From positions 310,001 to 374,000 of the forward strand of contig JASTWF010000138.1 in NCBI GenBank assembly GCA_030390025.1: 64,000 nt of DNA, in the 5' to 3' direction. The notes under the pieces were generated by a model, which searched no databases, was not told where the DNA came from, and saw nothing but the letters and a program-made list of their open reading frames with translations. Below, in pieces: positions 46,416-59,809 of this stretch. The DNA is from Squalus acanthias (lineage: Eukaryota). Position 1 is the first letter of the stretch; the number at the start of each line of letters is the position of its first letter. Position numbers and translations under genes: made by a program.

Positions 46416-46602
46416 ACACAGAGGACCTCAGAGAGAGGATACATTCTGAAATAAATAAGTATGCGTGTTTGCATGGATGATAGATGGATGTAGCGATGCA
46501 GGAATATATGGATTGTTAGATGTCTGAATTTTTAGTAATGGGTCGATGAACGGATTAATGGATGGATGAATGGATGGATGGATGGGCCTGAAAGTTGCTG
46601 TT

Positions 46603-46770
46603 AGAACATAAGAACATAAGAAATAGGCGCAGGAGTAGGCCATTCGGCCCTTCGAGCCTGCCCCGCCATTCAATAAGATCATGGCAGATCTGATCTTGGC
46701 CTCAACGCCACTTTCCCGCTAGCTCCCCATAACCCTTGACTCCCCTGTAGCTCAAGTATATGTCTACATT
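46603..46770 (-). mobile_element. CR1 3' end
   Basis: (agaacata)n tail, ggccattcggcccttcgagcctgc. Confidence 0.85.
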
Positions 46771-48739
46771 CTCATCTTTGTGAGTCTCTACTTCCTAACA
46801 CGAGGCAATCCCTTTACATTTGTGTCAGTATTGGCGCCTCCAGTCCTTCCTGATTTTCTGTATCATTTCACTCCATAGTGTCCATTTCTACCGAGCTGAA
46901 CATCACGAACAGAAGCCTGAAGGTATCCACACGGTACCGATGGTCCTTCTGTGGTGATGGGGAATCTCCATCTCAAAGATATAAAGCGAGCACATGTCTG
47001 GGTTGAGAAGAGACAAGTGTAATATTTGGAGCATGTGGTCCTTTCATGTACAACAAAGCACTCAATATATCCTCACCGAATTACTTCAATCAATGCGGAA
47101 ATATAGCAGATCAATGTGTACATAATTTTTCCCCTTCGCTACCTAAATCCTTGCTCCTCTGTGAGACTGGTGCAGTCACACCATTCTGAACACACGGATA
47201 AAAGGAGCATCAACTCTGACTTTCTTTACCACCATATAGTCATTGTAAGTCATTGCCGCAGTGAAATATGTCCCGTGGGTTTTGGACATTGTGCTTGCAA
47301 ATTGAAATACCCTTAACTCCTTTAACCGCACTCCCCAGAGCCTTTCCATTCAGTCCATTCATACACTGAATGAATTGTTCACCAGTTGGGCGGGTAAGGT
47401 CAGTACATCACTGAGATGTGCTCAGGTTGATGGGGCCACTGTGATGTAGATATATGGTTAGAGTGGACATGGTACTTCATGCAGACAGAGCTGGGTCAGT
47501 GAAGTTGTTGAATTTGGTGATTTGAATGATAATTTTGGACAAGATTATAGACTCAACGCTCTATGACATGAGGTTAAAGCAGACTCTTATTTCTCAGAAG
47601 GTTGTACTTTTTTGAGCAACTTGTTCAGGTTCGTGGAGAACTGGTGCAGGGATATATAGACTGGAATAAGGTGCTATTATGGCCATATTTAGAAATTACT
47701 TATCCATGTAATTTTCTGGTCCAAATGTATAGCTTCAAACCCTTTCTTAATGTCCCAAAGTGCTTTAAAATGAATTGTTATTTTTGGTAATGTGATTTTC
47801 GGCGAATGGCTCCGAGGTGACTGATTCCTGATTGACCCCCTCCCCCTTGTACAAGAGGCGCTCTCCCATAATCCAGGGATTAATAATGTGGTTTGTGTAC
47901 AGTTCCCATTCCCGCTCAATACCCCACAATCAGGAGTAACAAACTGTCTCTGCGCCAACTAACAGAAATAATGACAGATGGAAGGAGAGAGATTTCCGGA
48001 CCCATTGTTATTTCCCAGGAAATCATATTACTAAACAAATGATATTTCTCAATACTGTCGGCCTTCATCATATTTTTCAAAGGCTAAGGGATCGAATCGA
48101 GTTTTTCTTAATTGTAAAAGAGTTTTACTGGTGGGAAGAAGGAAAGTCTGATTCCTCTGATTGAGGAGTCTGTAAGCAAAACTTCGCCAAATTAAAATTG
48201 TCAATAAGAAAGAGAGAGGTCAGGAGATTTCTGTATAGGGGGTTGTTGGAGCATTGGAATACTTTGCCACATTGAATGGCCGAGGCAGAGAATATAAAAG
48301 GATGCAGTAATGTATTGGTAATGTTACTGGATTAGCAATCCCGAGGCCTGGGCTAATAATTAATCAATTAACATCCCACCATGGCATTTCAATTCAGATT
48401 TTTAAAAGTTGGAAATAAATAATCTGCTATCAGTAAGAATGAGAAACTCCTCTGGGTGAACGTAACTCTGTAAATGCGGGATTATGAATCATGTTTAATA
48501 AACTCAGGGGCCTGTAGTAGATGGTGTTCATCAACAGGTGCCGACAGTGATCTTATTGAAACATGAATCATGCAGAGGCCGATGTTGCTGTGCACACAAG
48601 TCACTGTCAGCACTGTCAGAACAAGTCATAACATTGCTATCAATATTGATCATACTCAGATTACTGCTCAGTCCAATTTTAAGAGAACATGTATCCTTAG
48701 AAATAAGCTGAAGGAGAAATAAAGATTGAATTTATTTCA

Positions 48740-49268
48740 ATCCACACATTAGGAAGGATGTCAAAGTCTTGGAGAGGGTGCAGAGGAGATTTACTAGAAT
48801 TATACCAGGGATGAGGGACTTCAGTTATGTGGAGAGACTGGAGAAGCTGGGGTTGTTCTCCTTAGAGCAGATGAAGTTAAAGGGAGTTTAATAGAGGTGT
48901 TCAAAATCATGACTTTTTTGATAGAGTTGATAGTGAGATATTGTTTCCTCTGGCAGAAGTGTCGGTAACCAGGGGATACAGATTTAAGATAATTGGCAAA
49001 AAAACAGCGGGGATATGAGGAGATTTTTTTACGCAGCGAGTTGTTATGATCTGGATTGCACTGCCTGAAAGGGTCGCGGAAGCAGATTCTACAGTATCTT
49101 TCAAAAGGGAATTGGATAAATACTTGAAAGGAAACATTCGCAGGGCTTTGTAGATAGAACAGGCGAGTGGAACTAATTGGTTTAGCTCATTCAAAGAGCT
49201 GTAATAGGCACAGGCACGATGGGCCGAGTGGCCTCCTTCTGTGCCGTAAGATCCCATGATTCTGTGAA
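48740..49268 (+). mobile_element. CR1 3' fragment
   Basis: ggaaggatgtcaaagtcttggagagggtgcag...; typical 3' UTR. Confidence 0.88.
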
Positions 49269-49444
49269 TTTCAATTGCATTAATCAAAAGTTTTGTAATT
49301 GAAATCTTGAAGTTACTATTTGTGATATTAGGCTGTGGATGCTTAATGGCAACGGTAATAACCGATGTTATTTCAAAATACTGGATATAATATATCACCT
49401 GAGCGCATTAAGCATTTTAGTAACAGCTTGGCTAAAGTGACTTT

Positions 49445-49806
49445 ATTCTGGTTTCAGAATCAGTAGATTGTGGACTTCACCTCAACTTCAGCACCTTCAG
49501 GTGTCCAATCGGTGCAGCACTGAAAAGGAACGACCTTTCCTAAACCAATAATCTCTCCCCGCCCGCCGCACCTTGTCTGTTGAGGTGGACATTAAAGCTC
49601 CCAGGGCCCCACAGTTTTCCGGGACAACATTCCTCCCTTGAACCAAGTTCAACAGAAATAAATTAACAGGAATCGAGCCACTTTGCTCTTTTGTTGATCT
49701 TTCTGAGCGCGAATCGGCCACGTTCACCTGTAATTATTTGCACTGTAAAGCCTTTGGGAGCTCCCGCAGAATGTCATGAGGTGATACATCAATGCAAGGT
49801 GTTTCT
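49445..49806 (+). mobile_element. Highly degenerate SINE of the 32838-33270 family
   Basis: gtgcagcactga, taaacc, aggtggac, tgtaaagcctttggga...aatgcaag remnants in order. Confidence 0.5.
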
Positions 49807-49949
49807 TGATATATTAATATCAGAAACAGGAACTGACATCATCATTTTCCCAATAGGAGCAATGGCAAACCTTGGTCACCAGGTGGCAGCGAAACTCGAT
49901 TGTTTACATCACACTGAACAGGTGCTGCCTCAGTTATGACTACGCTACA

Positions 49950-50755
49950 ACCTGTCCCTATTTATATTACACTTGGCCGTGTCTCTATTTATATTACACT
50001 ACAACCTGCCTCAATTATAACTGCACTAGAACCTGTCTCTGTTTATATTACATTAGACCCTGTCTCTGTTTATATTACACTAGACCCTGTCTCTGTTTAT
50101 ATTACACTAGACCCTGTCTCTGTTTATATTACACTAGACCCTGTCTCTGTTTATATTACACTAGACCCTGTCTCTGTTTATATTACACTAGACCTGTCTC
50201 TGTTTATATTACACTAGACCCTGTCTCTGTTTATATTACACTAGACACTGTCTCTGTTTATATTACACTAGACCCTGTCTCTGTTTATATTACACTAGAC
50301 CCTGTCTCTGTTTATATTACACTAGACCCTGTCTCTGTTTATATTACACTAGACACTGTCTCTGTTTATATTACACTAAACCCTGTCTCTGTTTATATTA
50401 CACTTGACCTGTCTCTGTTTATATTACACTAGGCCCTGTCTCTGTTTATATTACACTAGACACTGTCTCTGTTTATATTACACTAGACCCTGTCTCTGTT
50501 TATATTACTAGACCCTGTCTCACTAGACCCTGTCTCTGTTTATATTACACTAGACCCTGTCTCTGTTTATATTACACTAGACCCTGTCTCTGTTTATATT
50601 ACACTAGACCCTGTCTCTGTTTATATTACACTAGACCCTGTCTCTGTTTATATTACACTAGACCCTGTCTCTGTTTATATTACACTAGACACTGTCTCTG
50701 TTTATATTATACTAAACCCTGTCTCTGTTTATATTACACTAGGCCCTGTCTCAGC
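49950..50755 (+). repeat. 27-bp minisatellite (~29 units)
   Basis: (ctagaccctgtctctgtttatattaca)n. Confidence 0.96.
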
Positions 50756-50999
50756 TATCACTGTTCTAGACTATTTCTCTGTTAAATGGATAGATAGGTA
50801 CTAATATAAATAAAGATATATATGTGAGTGGGTGGCAGGATGCAATACTTTTTTGGATGGAAGCAGTTGTTTAGTCCTGTTAATAGGTATCAGCTGCTGC
50901 GTGCAATTTCTAATTGATCTGTTATTTTGTCGGTAATATTTGTGTTGAAAGGATGGGGTGAATCTTGGAACAATCTCCCAGAGATGAACTGGGATTGAG

Positions 51000-52680
51000 G
51001 AACAGGACTACTAATAAATACTCAAGGGTCTATGGGGAGGGGGGAACTTAAAGCAATCACTATAACTAAAGAAAAAGTACTCGGTAAAATAATGGGACTA
51101 AAGGTGGACTAGTGCCCTGGACCTGATGGCCTGCCTCCTCGGGTCTTAAAAGAGGTGGCTGCAGAGATAGTGGATGCATTGATTGCTATCTACCAAAATT
51201 CCCTGGATCTGGAGAGTTCCCAGCTGCTTGGAAAACCGCAAATGTAACGCCCCTATTTAAGAACGGAGGGAGGCAGAAAGCAGGATACTATAAACCAGTT
51301 AGCATAACATCTGTCATTGGGAAAATGCTGGATTCCTTTATTAAGGAAGCAGTAGCAGGACATTTAGAAAATCATAATCCAGTCAAGCAGAGTTAGCATG
51401 ATTTTATGAAAGGGAAATCATGTTTGACAAATTTGCTGCAGTTCTTTGAGGATGTAACGAGCAAGGTGGATTAAGGGGAACCAGTGGATGTGGTGTATTT
51501 GGTTTTCCAGAAGGCATTCGATAAGGTGCCAGATAAAAGGTTATTGCACAAGATAAGAACTCACGGAGTTGGAGGTAATATATTAGCATGGATAGAGAAT
51601 TGGCTAACTAACAGATAGCAGAGAGTCGGGATAAATGGGTCATTTTCCGGGTGGCAAACGGTAACTAGTTCGATGCCACAGGGATCAGTGCTGGGGCCTC
51701 AACTATTTACAATCTATATTAATGAATTGTATGAAGGGACCGAGTGTAATGTAGCCAAATTTGCTGATGATACAAAGATAGGTGGGAAAGCAAGTTGTGT
51801 AGAGAACACAAATAATCTGCAAAGGGATATAGACAGGCTAAGTGAGTGGGAAAACATTGGAGTATAATGTGGAAAAGTGTGAGGTTATCCACTTTGGTAG
51901 GAAAAATAAAAAAGCAAATTATTATTTAAATGGAGAGATTACAAAATGCTACAGTTCAGAGGGACCTGGGGGTCCTTCTGCGTGAAACACAAAACGTTAG
52001 CAGGCAGTTACAGCAAATTATCAGGAAGGCAAATGGAATGTTGGCCTTTATTGCAAGGGGGTTGGAGTATAAAAGCAGGGAGGTCCTGCTACAACTGTAC
52101 AGGGCATTGGTGAGACCACACTTGGAGTACTGCGTACAGTTTTGGTCTCCTTATTTAAGGAGGGATATATTTGCATTGAATGCAGTTCAGAGACGTTTCA
52201 CGAGGTTGATTCTTGAGATGAAGGGGTTGATTTATGAAGAAAAGTTGAGCAGGTTGGGCCTATACTCATTGGAGTTTAGAAGAATGAGAGGTGATCATAT
52301 TGAAACATATAAGATACTGAGGGGCTCGATAGGGTAGATGCAGAGAGGATGTTTCACCTCATGGGGGAATCTAGAACTAGGGGGCACAGTTTCAGAATAA
52401 GAGGTCGCCCATTTAAAACTGAGATGAGGAGGAATTTCTTCTCTCAGAGGGTCGTAAATCTGTGAAATTCTCTGACCCAGAGAGCTGTGGAGGCTGGGTC
52501 ATTGAATATATTCAAAGTGGAGATAGACAGATTTTTGAACAATAAGGGAGTGAAGGGTTATGGTGAGCGGGCAGGGAAATGTAGCTGAGCCCAAGATCAG
52601 ATCAGCCATGATCTCATTAAATGGCGGAGCAGGCTCGAGGGAACAAATGGCCGACTCCTGCTCTTTTTCTTATGTTCTTA
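51000..52680 (+). mobile_element. CR1 LINE (RT to 3' end, degraded)
   Basis: [25 protein letters not shown]; ttcttatgttctta tail. Confidence 0.93.
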
Positions 52681-54465
52681 TAAAGGTGAGCAATATGCAC
52701 TGCATTTTGCACTACTCAGTGACAAACTCTGTGCTGTTAAAGTTTACTAATTCACACTTGTGTTGTCCTGTGCCAGTTGCTCATAGTTTTTAATGTTATG
52801 GATTGTTTTTCCTGCAGTATTTTCTATTGAGCTTTCACGTGTCAGACTGATTTTGTGACACAGCCTGGATCAGTGACCTCACAGCATCGCCGGATGGGCT
52901 GCCGCAGGGTCCTAATGTCCACTGAGTTCATTTACTCACATCTGGTTACGAGGAACAACTGAAAATAGCGCACACGGAGGCCGCGATTTTGCCTACCGTG
53001 TCAGGCTTAATGAAACCGAGGTAGGTGGCGTGATGCGACCCCGCTTCCGGCTCCATCCCGCTCTGTGAGAAGAATTTTCCGTCGATTGGTCTTGTTAATC
53101 CCGCCCTGCGAGGTTCCCGGCCAATTAAAAGGAAGCGAGTTTGATTACGTCATTTGATGACACGTGATCTGGCGGTTTCCTTAAAGGGACGACGTCCACA
53201 ATCATTTTGACAGTTGTGCTGTTAGCATTCAGGTGTTACAAACACTGACAAGCACTGCACAAAGGTGCACGGCTGCACCAAGGCTCTTCCATGACTCCCT
53301 CCATGTGCTTATGGAGGGAGTCACAGCACGCGGGGAGGTTCTCTTACCTTTCAATGGGCGGAAGAGACCTCACCAGGAGAGCAACGCAGCCTTGTTGCAC
53401 ATTGCACAGGAGGGCACAAGCAAGTATGTCGTCATGAGTCCCTGGCTGCAGTGGTGCAAATTTTTCAATGATCGCAGTAGATCACGAAACGTTAATGCCA
53501 AGCCACACTCAACCTCAACCTTCTGTGCCACTCACCACAGCCCCATCACTCTGCCTTCCTTACCCTACTCCTGCACATCCTTATTCACACCAAATTACCT
53601 TGTGCCTCCACCCATCCCTCCCTATCTACATTATCACTTCCCCATCTCACTAGTCACCCCTCACACTCGCCCTCATCCTACCAACTAAGAACACACAAGG
53701 GTTGGCACTTGGGTGGTTTAGCCAATGTTCATGTGTAGTTTCTGCTAATGCTCTGTCAAAAATTGAAGTCTTTATTTACAACACTTTACGTTCTTTGAAA
53801 GATTTGTATGCACCTTTGACTTAGTACGTTCCAGTGAATGGCGCGGTGTAAGGGTAGCCCCACCCCCCGCAATGGTGATGAGTGTGAAAGGAATGGCTTG
53901 GACTTTGTTGGGATGCTTTATGGTGCTGTTGTGAAGTGGTGCCAACTTGGCTCTTCTTGTGGCAGCCAGGGTGTATAGCGTCAAGTGAAGTAAATCATGG
54001 TGGGGCCATCGCTGGCGTCCCGGGCAGCAACGTAGTCGGGTTTTGATGCTCTTTGTCCTGTGCAGCATCAGGTGATTGCTGAGAAGGTTGGTGCTGTTAT
54101 TGGTCGTGCTGGTGTGCCTGGTGATGTTGGTGTTGGGGCTGATCGTGGTGGGATTCTGAGGACACAGGTGAGATTTTTTCAAGGGCACCGATGCTACTGA
54201 AATAGAATGCAGCTGAAGTTGAGATGACAGAAGTAATCTGTCAATGGTGAGAGAGCTTGTTCCAAGAAGGTGACACTGGATAGAGAGTTTACTCCAAACA
54301 CTTCCAAACTGCATAAAGCTCAAAAGTGGGTTCCAAATCATGAAGGCTCCAGCTTCTAAGATTGGAAAGTGAACAGCTGTGAAATGGTAGGTTTCATACC
54401 ACTTTTGCAGCTGTCACCTGTTCACAGCAATTCACAGTCATTGAGAACACAACATACTTACCTGA

Positions 54466-56078
54466 AATAACAACAGAAAACGCTGGAAAAACTTAGCAGG
54501 CCAGACAACATCCGTGGAGAGAGAAAGAGAGTTAACGTTTCAGGTCGATGACCTTTCGTCAGAACTGGAAAGAGCCGGAAATCAAATAGATTTAAGGCCA
54601 GGATAAAGCTGGGAAAAGGGGGAGGGGGTAAAGGAACAAAAGGGGAGATAAAGAGACATTTAGAGACATTAAGAGATATGCAAGGCAAGAGGTGGTGTTA
54701 ATGTGACAGGTTAAGGCTGAAAGAAGTGTGAAATCCACTGGCAGAATGAAGGACAGCTGCCAGCTTCTAGGAGGAAAAAAAATGGGGGGTGGGGGGGCAA
54801 ATAAAAGGGTAGATGAAAAAATAAAATATAAATGTGATTGGAGCTGAGGTTATGATCTAAAATTGTTGAACTCGATATTGAGTCCAGAGGGCTGTAGCGT
54901 GCCTAAACGAAAGATGAGGTGCTGATCCTCGAGCTTACGATGCGCTTCCGTGGAACAGTGTAATAGGACGAGGACGGTGAGGTCAGAGTGGGTGTGAAGC
55001 GGTGAATTAAAGTGACAGGCCACCGGGAGCTCGGGGTCCCCCTTACGGACTGAACGGAGGTGTTCCGCAAAGCGGTCACCCAATCTGCGTTTGGTCTCCC
55101 CAATGTAGAGGAGACCACAACGTGAGCAGCGAATACAGTATACTAAATTGCAGGAAGTACAAGTAAATCGCTGTTTCACCTGGAAGGGGTGTTTGGGGCC
55201 CTGGACAGTGGGAAGAGGGGAGGTATAAGGGCATGTGTTGCATCTCCTGCGCGTGCACGGGAAGGTGCTGGGCGAAGGGGAAGGGGTGCTGGGGGTGGTA
55301 GAGGAGTGGACTAGGGTGTCGCGGAGGGAGCGGTCCCTGCGGAATGCTGAAAGGGGAGGTGAGGGGAAGATGCGTTTGGTGGTGGAATCACGCTGGAGGT
55401 GGCGGAAATGGCGGAGGATGATCCGTTGAATGTGGAGGCTGGTGGGGTGAAAGGTGAGGACAAGGGGAACCCTATCGTGGTTCCGGGAGGGAGGGGCAGG
55501 GGTGAGGGCAGAAGTGCGGGAGATAGAACGGACACGGTCGAGGCCCGTGTCGACCACGGTAGAGGGGAATCCTCGGTTGAGGAAAAAGGAAGACATGTCG
55601 GAAGCACTGGTATGGAAGGTGGCATCATCAGAGCAGATGCGGCGGAGATGGAGAAACTGGGAGAATGGAATAGAGTCCTTACAGGAGGCGGGGTGGGAGG
55701 AAGTGTAGTCCAGGTAGCTGTGGGAGTCAGTGGGCTTGTAGTGAATGTTAGTCAATAACCTATCCCAAGAGATGGAGATGGAGAAGTCGAGGAAGGGAAG
55801 GGAAGAGTCAGAGATGGACCATGTGAAGGTGAGGGAAGGGTGGAAATTGGAAGAATAGTGAATGAAATGTTCTAGTTCAGGGCGAGAGCAGGAGACGGCA
55901 CCGATACAGTCATCAATGTACCGGAAAAAGAGGTGAGGGAGGGGACCCGAGTAGGACTGGAACAAAGAGTGTTCCACATATCCCACGAAAAGGCAGGCAT
56001 AGCTAGGACCCATGCGGGTACCCATAGCAACACCTTTAATTTGGAGGAAATGGGTAGAGTCAAAGGAGAAGTTGTTCA
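54466..56078 (-). mobile_element. 5'-truncated Penelope-like retroelement with 12-bp TSD
   Basis: TSD atacttacctga at 54454-54465 and 56079-56090; the copy at ~60355 gives the empty site. Confidence 0.92.
54530..54566 (-). ncRNA. Minimal type I hammerhead ribozyme in the Penelope 3' region
   Basis: AGUU-CUGACGA-AAGGUC-AUC-GACCU-GAAAC-GUU-AACU. Confidence 0.78.
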
Positions 56079-56079
56079 A
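54850..56079 (-). CDS. Penelope RT C-terminal half plus GIY-YIG endonuclease (5'-truncated, uninterrupted frame)
   Basis: QIKGVAMG, RYIDD, LPFLD, CCHH-type linker CTRRRCNTC, NLVYCIRCSRCGLLYIGET, RFAEH, GLN. Confidence 0.9.
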   Translation of the reverse strand: MNNFSFDSTHFLQIKGVAMGTRMGPSYACLFVGYVEHSLFQSYSGPLPHLFFRYIDDCIGAVSCSRPELEHFIHYSSNFHPSLTFTWSISDSSLPFLDFSISISWDRLLTNIHYKPTDSHSYLDYTSSHPASCKDSIPFSQFLHLRRICSDDATFHTSASDMSSFFLNRGFPSTVVDTGLDRVRSISRTSALTPAPPSRNHDRVPLVLTFHPTSLHIQRIILRHFRHLQRDSTTKRIFPSPPLSAFRRDRSLRDTLVHSSTTPSTPSPSPSTFPCTRRRCNTCPYTSPLPTVQGPKHPFQVKQRFTCTSCNLVYCIRCSRCGLLYIGETKRRLGDRFAEHLRSVRKGDPELPVACHFNSPLHTHSDLTVLVLLHCSTEAHRKLEDQHLIFRLGTLQPSGLNIEFNNFRS

Positions 56080-56389
56080 TACTTACCTGACTTGATAGCC
56101 GCTCTCCGGGAACCTCATTAAAAACCTGGCAAAATGGTAAGTACATTGGAAAATGGTTCTTAACTGCCTTTTAACAAGCTTTTAAGTATCTAAATTGGCT
56201 GACCCGCCGCTTGGTGTCGGGTCTGTTCAGGGATGACAGACCCGACACTTGGGAAACTGACAAGGAGGCGGTTCAGAGCGGGACACCGACCCGCTTTCAA
56301 GCTTTCTGATTTTGACAGCTGACCCGCCTCCAAACCCGCAATCTGAGCGCCGGTAAAATTCCGGCCAAGGTGTGAGCTAGAATGTTACA

Positions 56390-56900
56390 TGCCTAAGCCT
56401 CTCTGCTCCTCTACTCCTTTCAAAGTTTTACCATTTCATGCACATTTCCTACAGTTTTCTTCCTCCTAAATCTATCACCTCACATTTCTCAGCGTTACAT
56501 TTCATCTGCCATCTCCCTGTCCAATTTACTAATTTGTGTATTCACACTGAAGTCACTGACAGGCCTTTCACACTTGGCCATAGTCCCTTTTTGGTGTCAT
56601 CTAGATATTTTTATCTTGCCCCATATACCCAAGCCCAGATTATGTCTCTATATTGAGAAGAGCAATGGTCCTAACACTGACCCTGGGGGACACCGCTGTT
56701 TACATCCTTCCAGTCTGAAGAACATCCATTATCAGAACTCTCTGTTTTCTGCCCTTTTACCCACTTCCTAACCACGCTGACCCACTCCCTTTAATACCAT
56801 GAGCCTTAGTTTGATGAACAAACCTCCTGTCCGGCACCTTATCAAACACCTTTTGACAATCCTTCTACACAACATCCACTGTATTTCCTTTCTCACCACA
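56390..56900 (-). mobile_element. Degenerate CR1 RT fragment
   Basis: Reverse complement of PQGSVLGP (cctaacactgaccctggggga) and DKV regions. Confidence 0.65.
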
Positions 56901-57009
56901 CTGTGCTTTTCCTGAAATAATCCCTGCTGTCTGTCCTGAATCAATCCATTTCACTACCAAATGTTGCAATGTTTGCTCCACACCACAGTGTTTCATCTGT
57001 TTAAAGCCA

Positions 57010-59745
57010 CAACAACAACAACTTGTATTTATATAGCGCCTTTAGCGTAGTAAAACGTCCCAAGGCACTTCACAGGAGTATTAAAGACAAACAATTTGAA
57101 ACTGAGCCACATAAGGAGATATTGGGGCAGGTAACTATAAGCTTGGTCAAAGATGTAGGTTTTAAGGAGCGTCTTAAAGGAGGAAGGAGAGGTAGCGAGG
57201 CAGAGAGGTTTAGATAGGGAATTTATCTCGGGGGCGGGGGGAGGTGGTTGTTGTGGGGCTGAATGAGATTACACAGATATGGATAGTCGAAGTCATGGAG
57301 GGATTTGGCCTCGACCGTCCCTATCTCTGTAATCTCCTTCAGGATGAGAATTTTGAAATCGAGGCGTTGCTTAACTGGGAGCCAATGTAGGTCAGCGAGC
57401 ACAGGGGTGATGGGTGAACGGGACTTGGTGCGAGTTAGGACATGGGCAACCGAGTTTTCGATCACCTCAAGTTTACTTAGGGTATAATGTGGGCGGTCAG
57501 CCAGGAGTGCATTGTAATAGTCAAAACTGGAGGTAACATAGGCATGGATGAGGGTTTCAGCAGCGGATAAGCTGAGGCAAGGGCGGAGACGGCCGATGTT
57601 ACGGAGGTGGAAATAGGCGGTCTTAGTTATGCTGCGGATGTGGTCGGAAGCTCATTTCAGGGTCAAATATGACACCAAGGTTGCGAACAGTGTGGTTCTG
57701 CCTCAGACAGATGTTAGGGAGAGGGATAATTAGTGGCTAGGGAACGGAGTTTGTGGCGGGGACTGAAAACAATGGCTTCGGTCTTCCCAATATTTAATTG
57801 GGGAAAATTTCTGCTCATCCAGAACTGTATGTCGGAGAAGCAGTCTGACAATTTAGAGACTGTGGAGGGGTCGAGAGAAGAGGTAGTGAGGTAGAGCTGG
57901 GTGTCGTCAGCGTACATGTGGGAATTGACGGTGTGTTTTCGGCTGATGTCGCCAAGGGGGAGCATGTAGATGAGAAATAGGAGGCGGCCAAGGATAGATC
58001 CTTGGGGGACACCAGAGGTAACGATGCGGGTGCGGGAAGAGAAGCCATTGCAGGTGATTCTCTGGCTACGATTAGATAGAAAAGAATGGAACCAGGCGGG
58101 TGCAATCCCACCCACTTGGACGACGGTGGAGAGGCGTTGGAGAAGGATGGATTGTCAACCGTGTCAAAGGCTGCAGACAAGTCAAGAAGGACGAGGAGGG
58201 ATAGTTTACCTTTGTCACAGTCACAAAGGATGTCATTTGTGAATTTGATGAGAGCCGTTTCGGTACTGTGGCAGCGGCGGAAACCTGATTGGAGGGATTC
58301 AAACATGGAATTGCGGGAAAGATGGGCACGGATTTGAGAGGCGACAACACGTTCAAGGACTTTGGAGAGGAAAGGGAGGTTGGAGATAGGGCGGTAGTTT
58401 GCAAGGACGGAGGAGTTAGGGTTTTTTTTGAGGAGAGGGGTGATGACGGCAGATTTCAGGGAGAGGGCGACAGTACCTGAGGAGAGAGAACCGTTAACAA
58501 TGTCAGCTAACATGGGAGCCAGAAAAGGAAGTTGGGTGGTCAGCAGTTTGGTGGGAATAGTGTCGAGGGAGCAGGAAGTGGGTCTCATGGATGAGCGCAG
58601 AGAGGTCATGAGGGGAGATCGGAGAGAAACTGGAGAAAGATGTGAGTGCAGGGCTAGGGCAGGGGGGAACCTTAGAGGAAGTTTGGCCCAGTGGGCTAGG
58701 GGAAGGAAGGGAAGTGGCAGAGGCAGCTGAACGGATGGGCTTAATCTTAGAGACAAAGAAGTCCCTGAGCTCCTCACATTTGTTGTCGGAGGTGAGGGTG
58801 GAGGAAACAGGGGAGGGGGTTTAAGAAGACGGTTAGCAGTAGAGAATAGGAGCCGGGGTTTATCTTTGCATTCCAGAATGATTCTGGAATAGTGAGCAAT
58901 TTGGCCATGACGACAGCAGGACCCGATAATGCTTTTTGTGGTCCAGCCAGATCTCTCTGTGAATGGCAAAACCAGTTGTCCACCATAACCGTTCAAGTCT
59001 GCATCCCTTGGACTTAAGGGAGCGAAGATGAGGGCCAGGGTAAGAGAGAGTAACTGTTTTAGTAGGGACTAGGGCATCAAAGGTGGTGGTGAGGGTATGG
59101 TTGAGCAGATCAGTAACTGCAGAAATGTCTGGTGAATGGAGGGCCGAAGGCTGGACAGTTGGGATTGCATAAATGCATTTGCAAGAGAGATGGGAGAGAG
59201 TTTTTTCCAGGGGCGGACACAGAAGGAAGTAGGGTTGGGTGGCGGCGGGGGGAGGGGCGGGTGGAAGGGGAATGTGGGTGGAGAATGATACGAGGAAGTG
59301 GTCATAGATGGCCTCATCTGCAATTGACATGATGGGAGTGGCGAGTCCACGAGAGATGGCAAATTCAAGGTGGTGGCCGTGAATATGGGTTGGAGAGTTT
59401 ACATGGAGGGAGAGATTAAGGGAGGAAGGAGGCTAGTGAAATTAGAGCAGAGATAGCATGATGAATTGAGATGGAGGTTGAAATCACCGAGGATGAGAAG
59501 TCATTCGGTGTAGAGGCCGAGGGAGGAGAGCAGTGAAGATATCTTGGTGATACATTTTTATTGTACTTGGGTGGGCGGTGGAGAAGACAAATTTGAAATG
59601 AGAGGTGAGAGGGGTGGAATAAGGTGAGATGCTCAAAGGAGGAGAAACTGCTGGAGGAATAGGGGGACAGACCAAGGTGTGATTTGGTGATGAGAGCCAC
59701 ACCGCCACCACGGAGGTCTCATCGGTGCAAATGGTGGAAGGTACA
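57010..59745 (-). mobile_element. L2-type LINE (APE endonuclease to RT to 3' tail, frameshifted)
   Basis: GGGVAL, NYRPISNLPFLSKVLE, QSGFR..HSTETAL, LDLSAAFDTVD, GVPQGSILG, YADDTQLY, LHWLPV; (ttg)n tail at 57010. Confidence 0.93.
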
Positions 59746-59809
59746 ACAGAAAGGTCCAGTTTTCTCCTGGAAATGGAGATAAATCAGGTTTCGAAATGAT
59801 GCAGCGTTT

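Larger units (their letters stand above)
52979..56366 (+). mobile_element. Harbinger-type DNA transposon derivative (Myb/SANT-like remnant) interrupted by Penelope
   Basis: Imperfect TIRs ggccgcgatttt / aaaattccggcc; remnant AAPRL..SLHVLMEGV.AR.EVL.P..GRKRP...W.Q..K.FND at ~53270-53480; homologous to inverted copy 60084-61866. Confidence 0.7.

Noticed and set aside
49872-50432. Cys/Tyr-rich repeat protein ORFs
   Set aside because: Translation of a 27-bp minisatellite with frame slips
54454-54465. U1 snRNA gene
   Set aside because: Only the first 11 nt match; it is a splice-donor complement duplicated as a TSD
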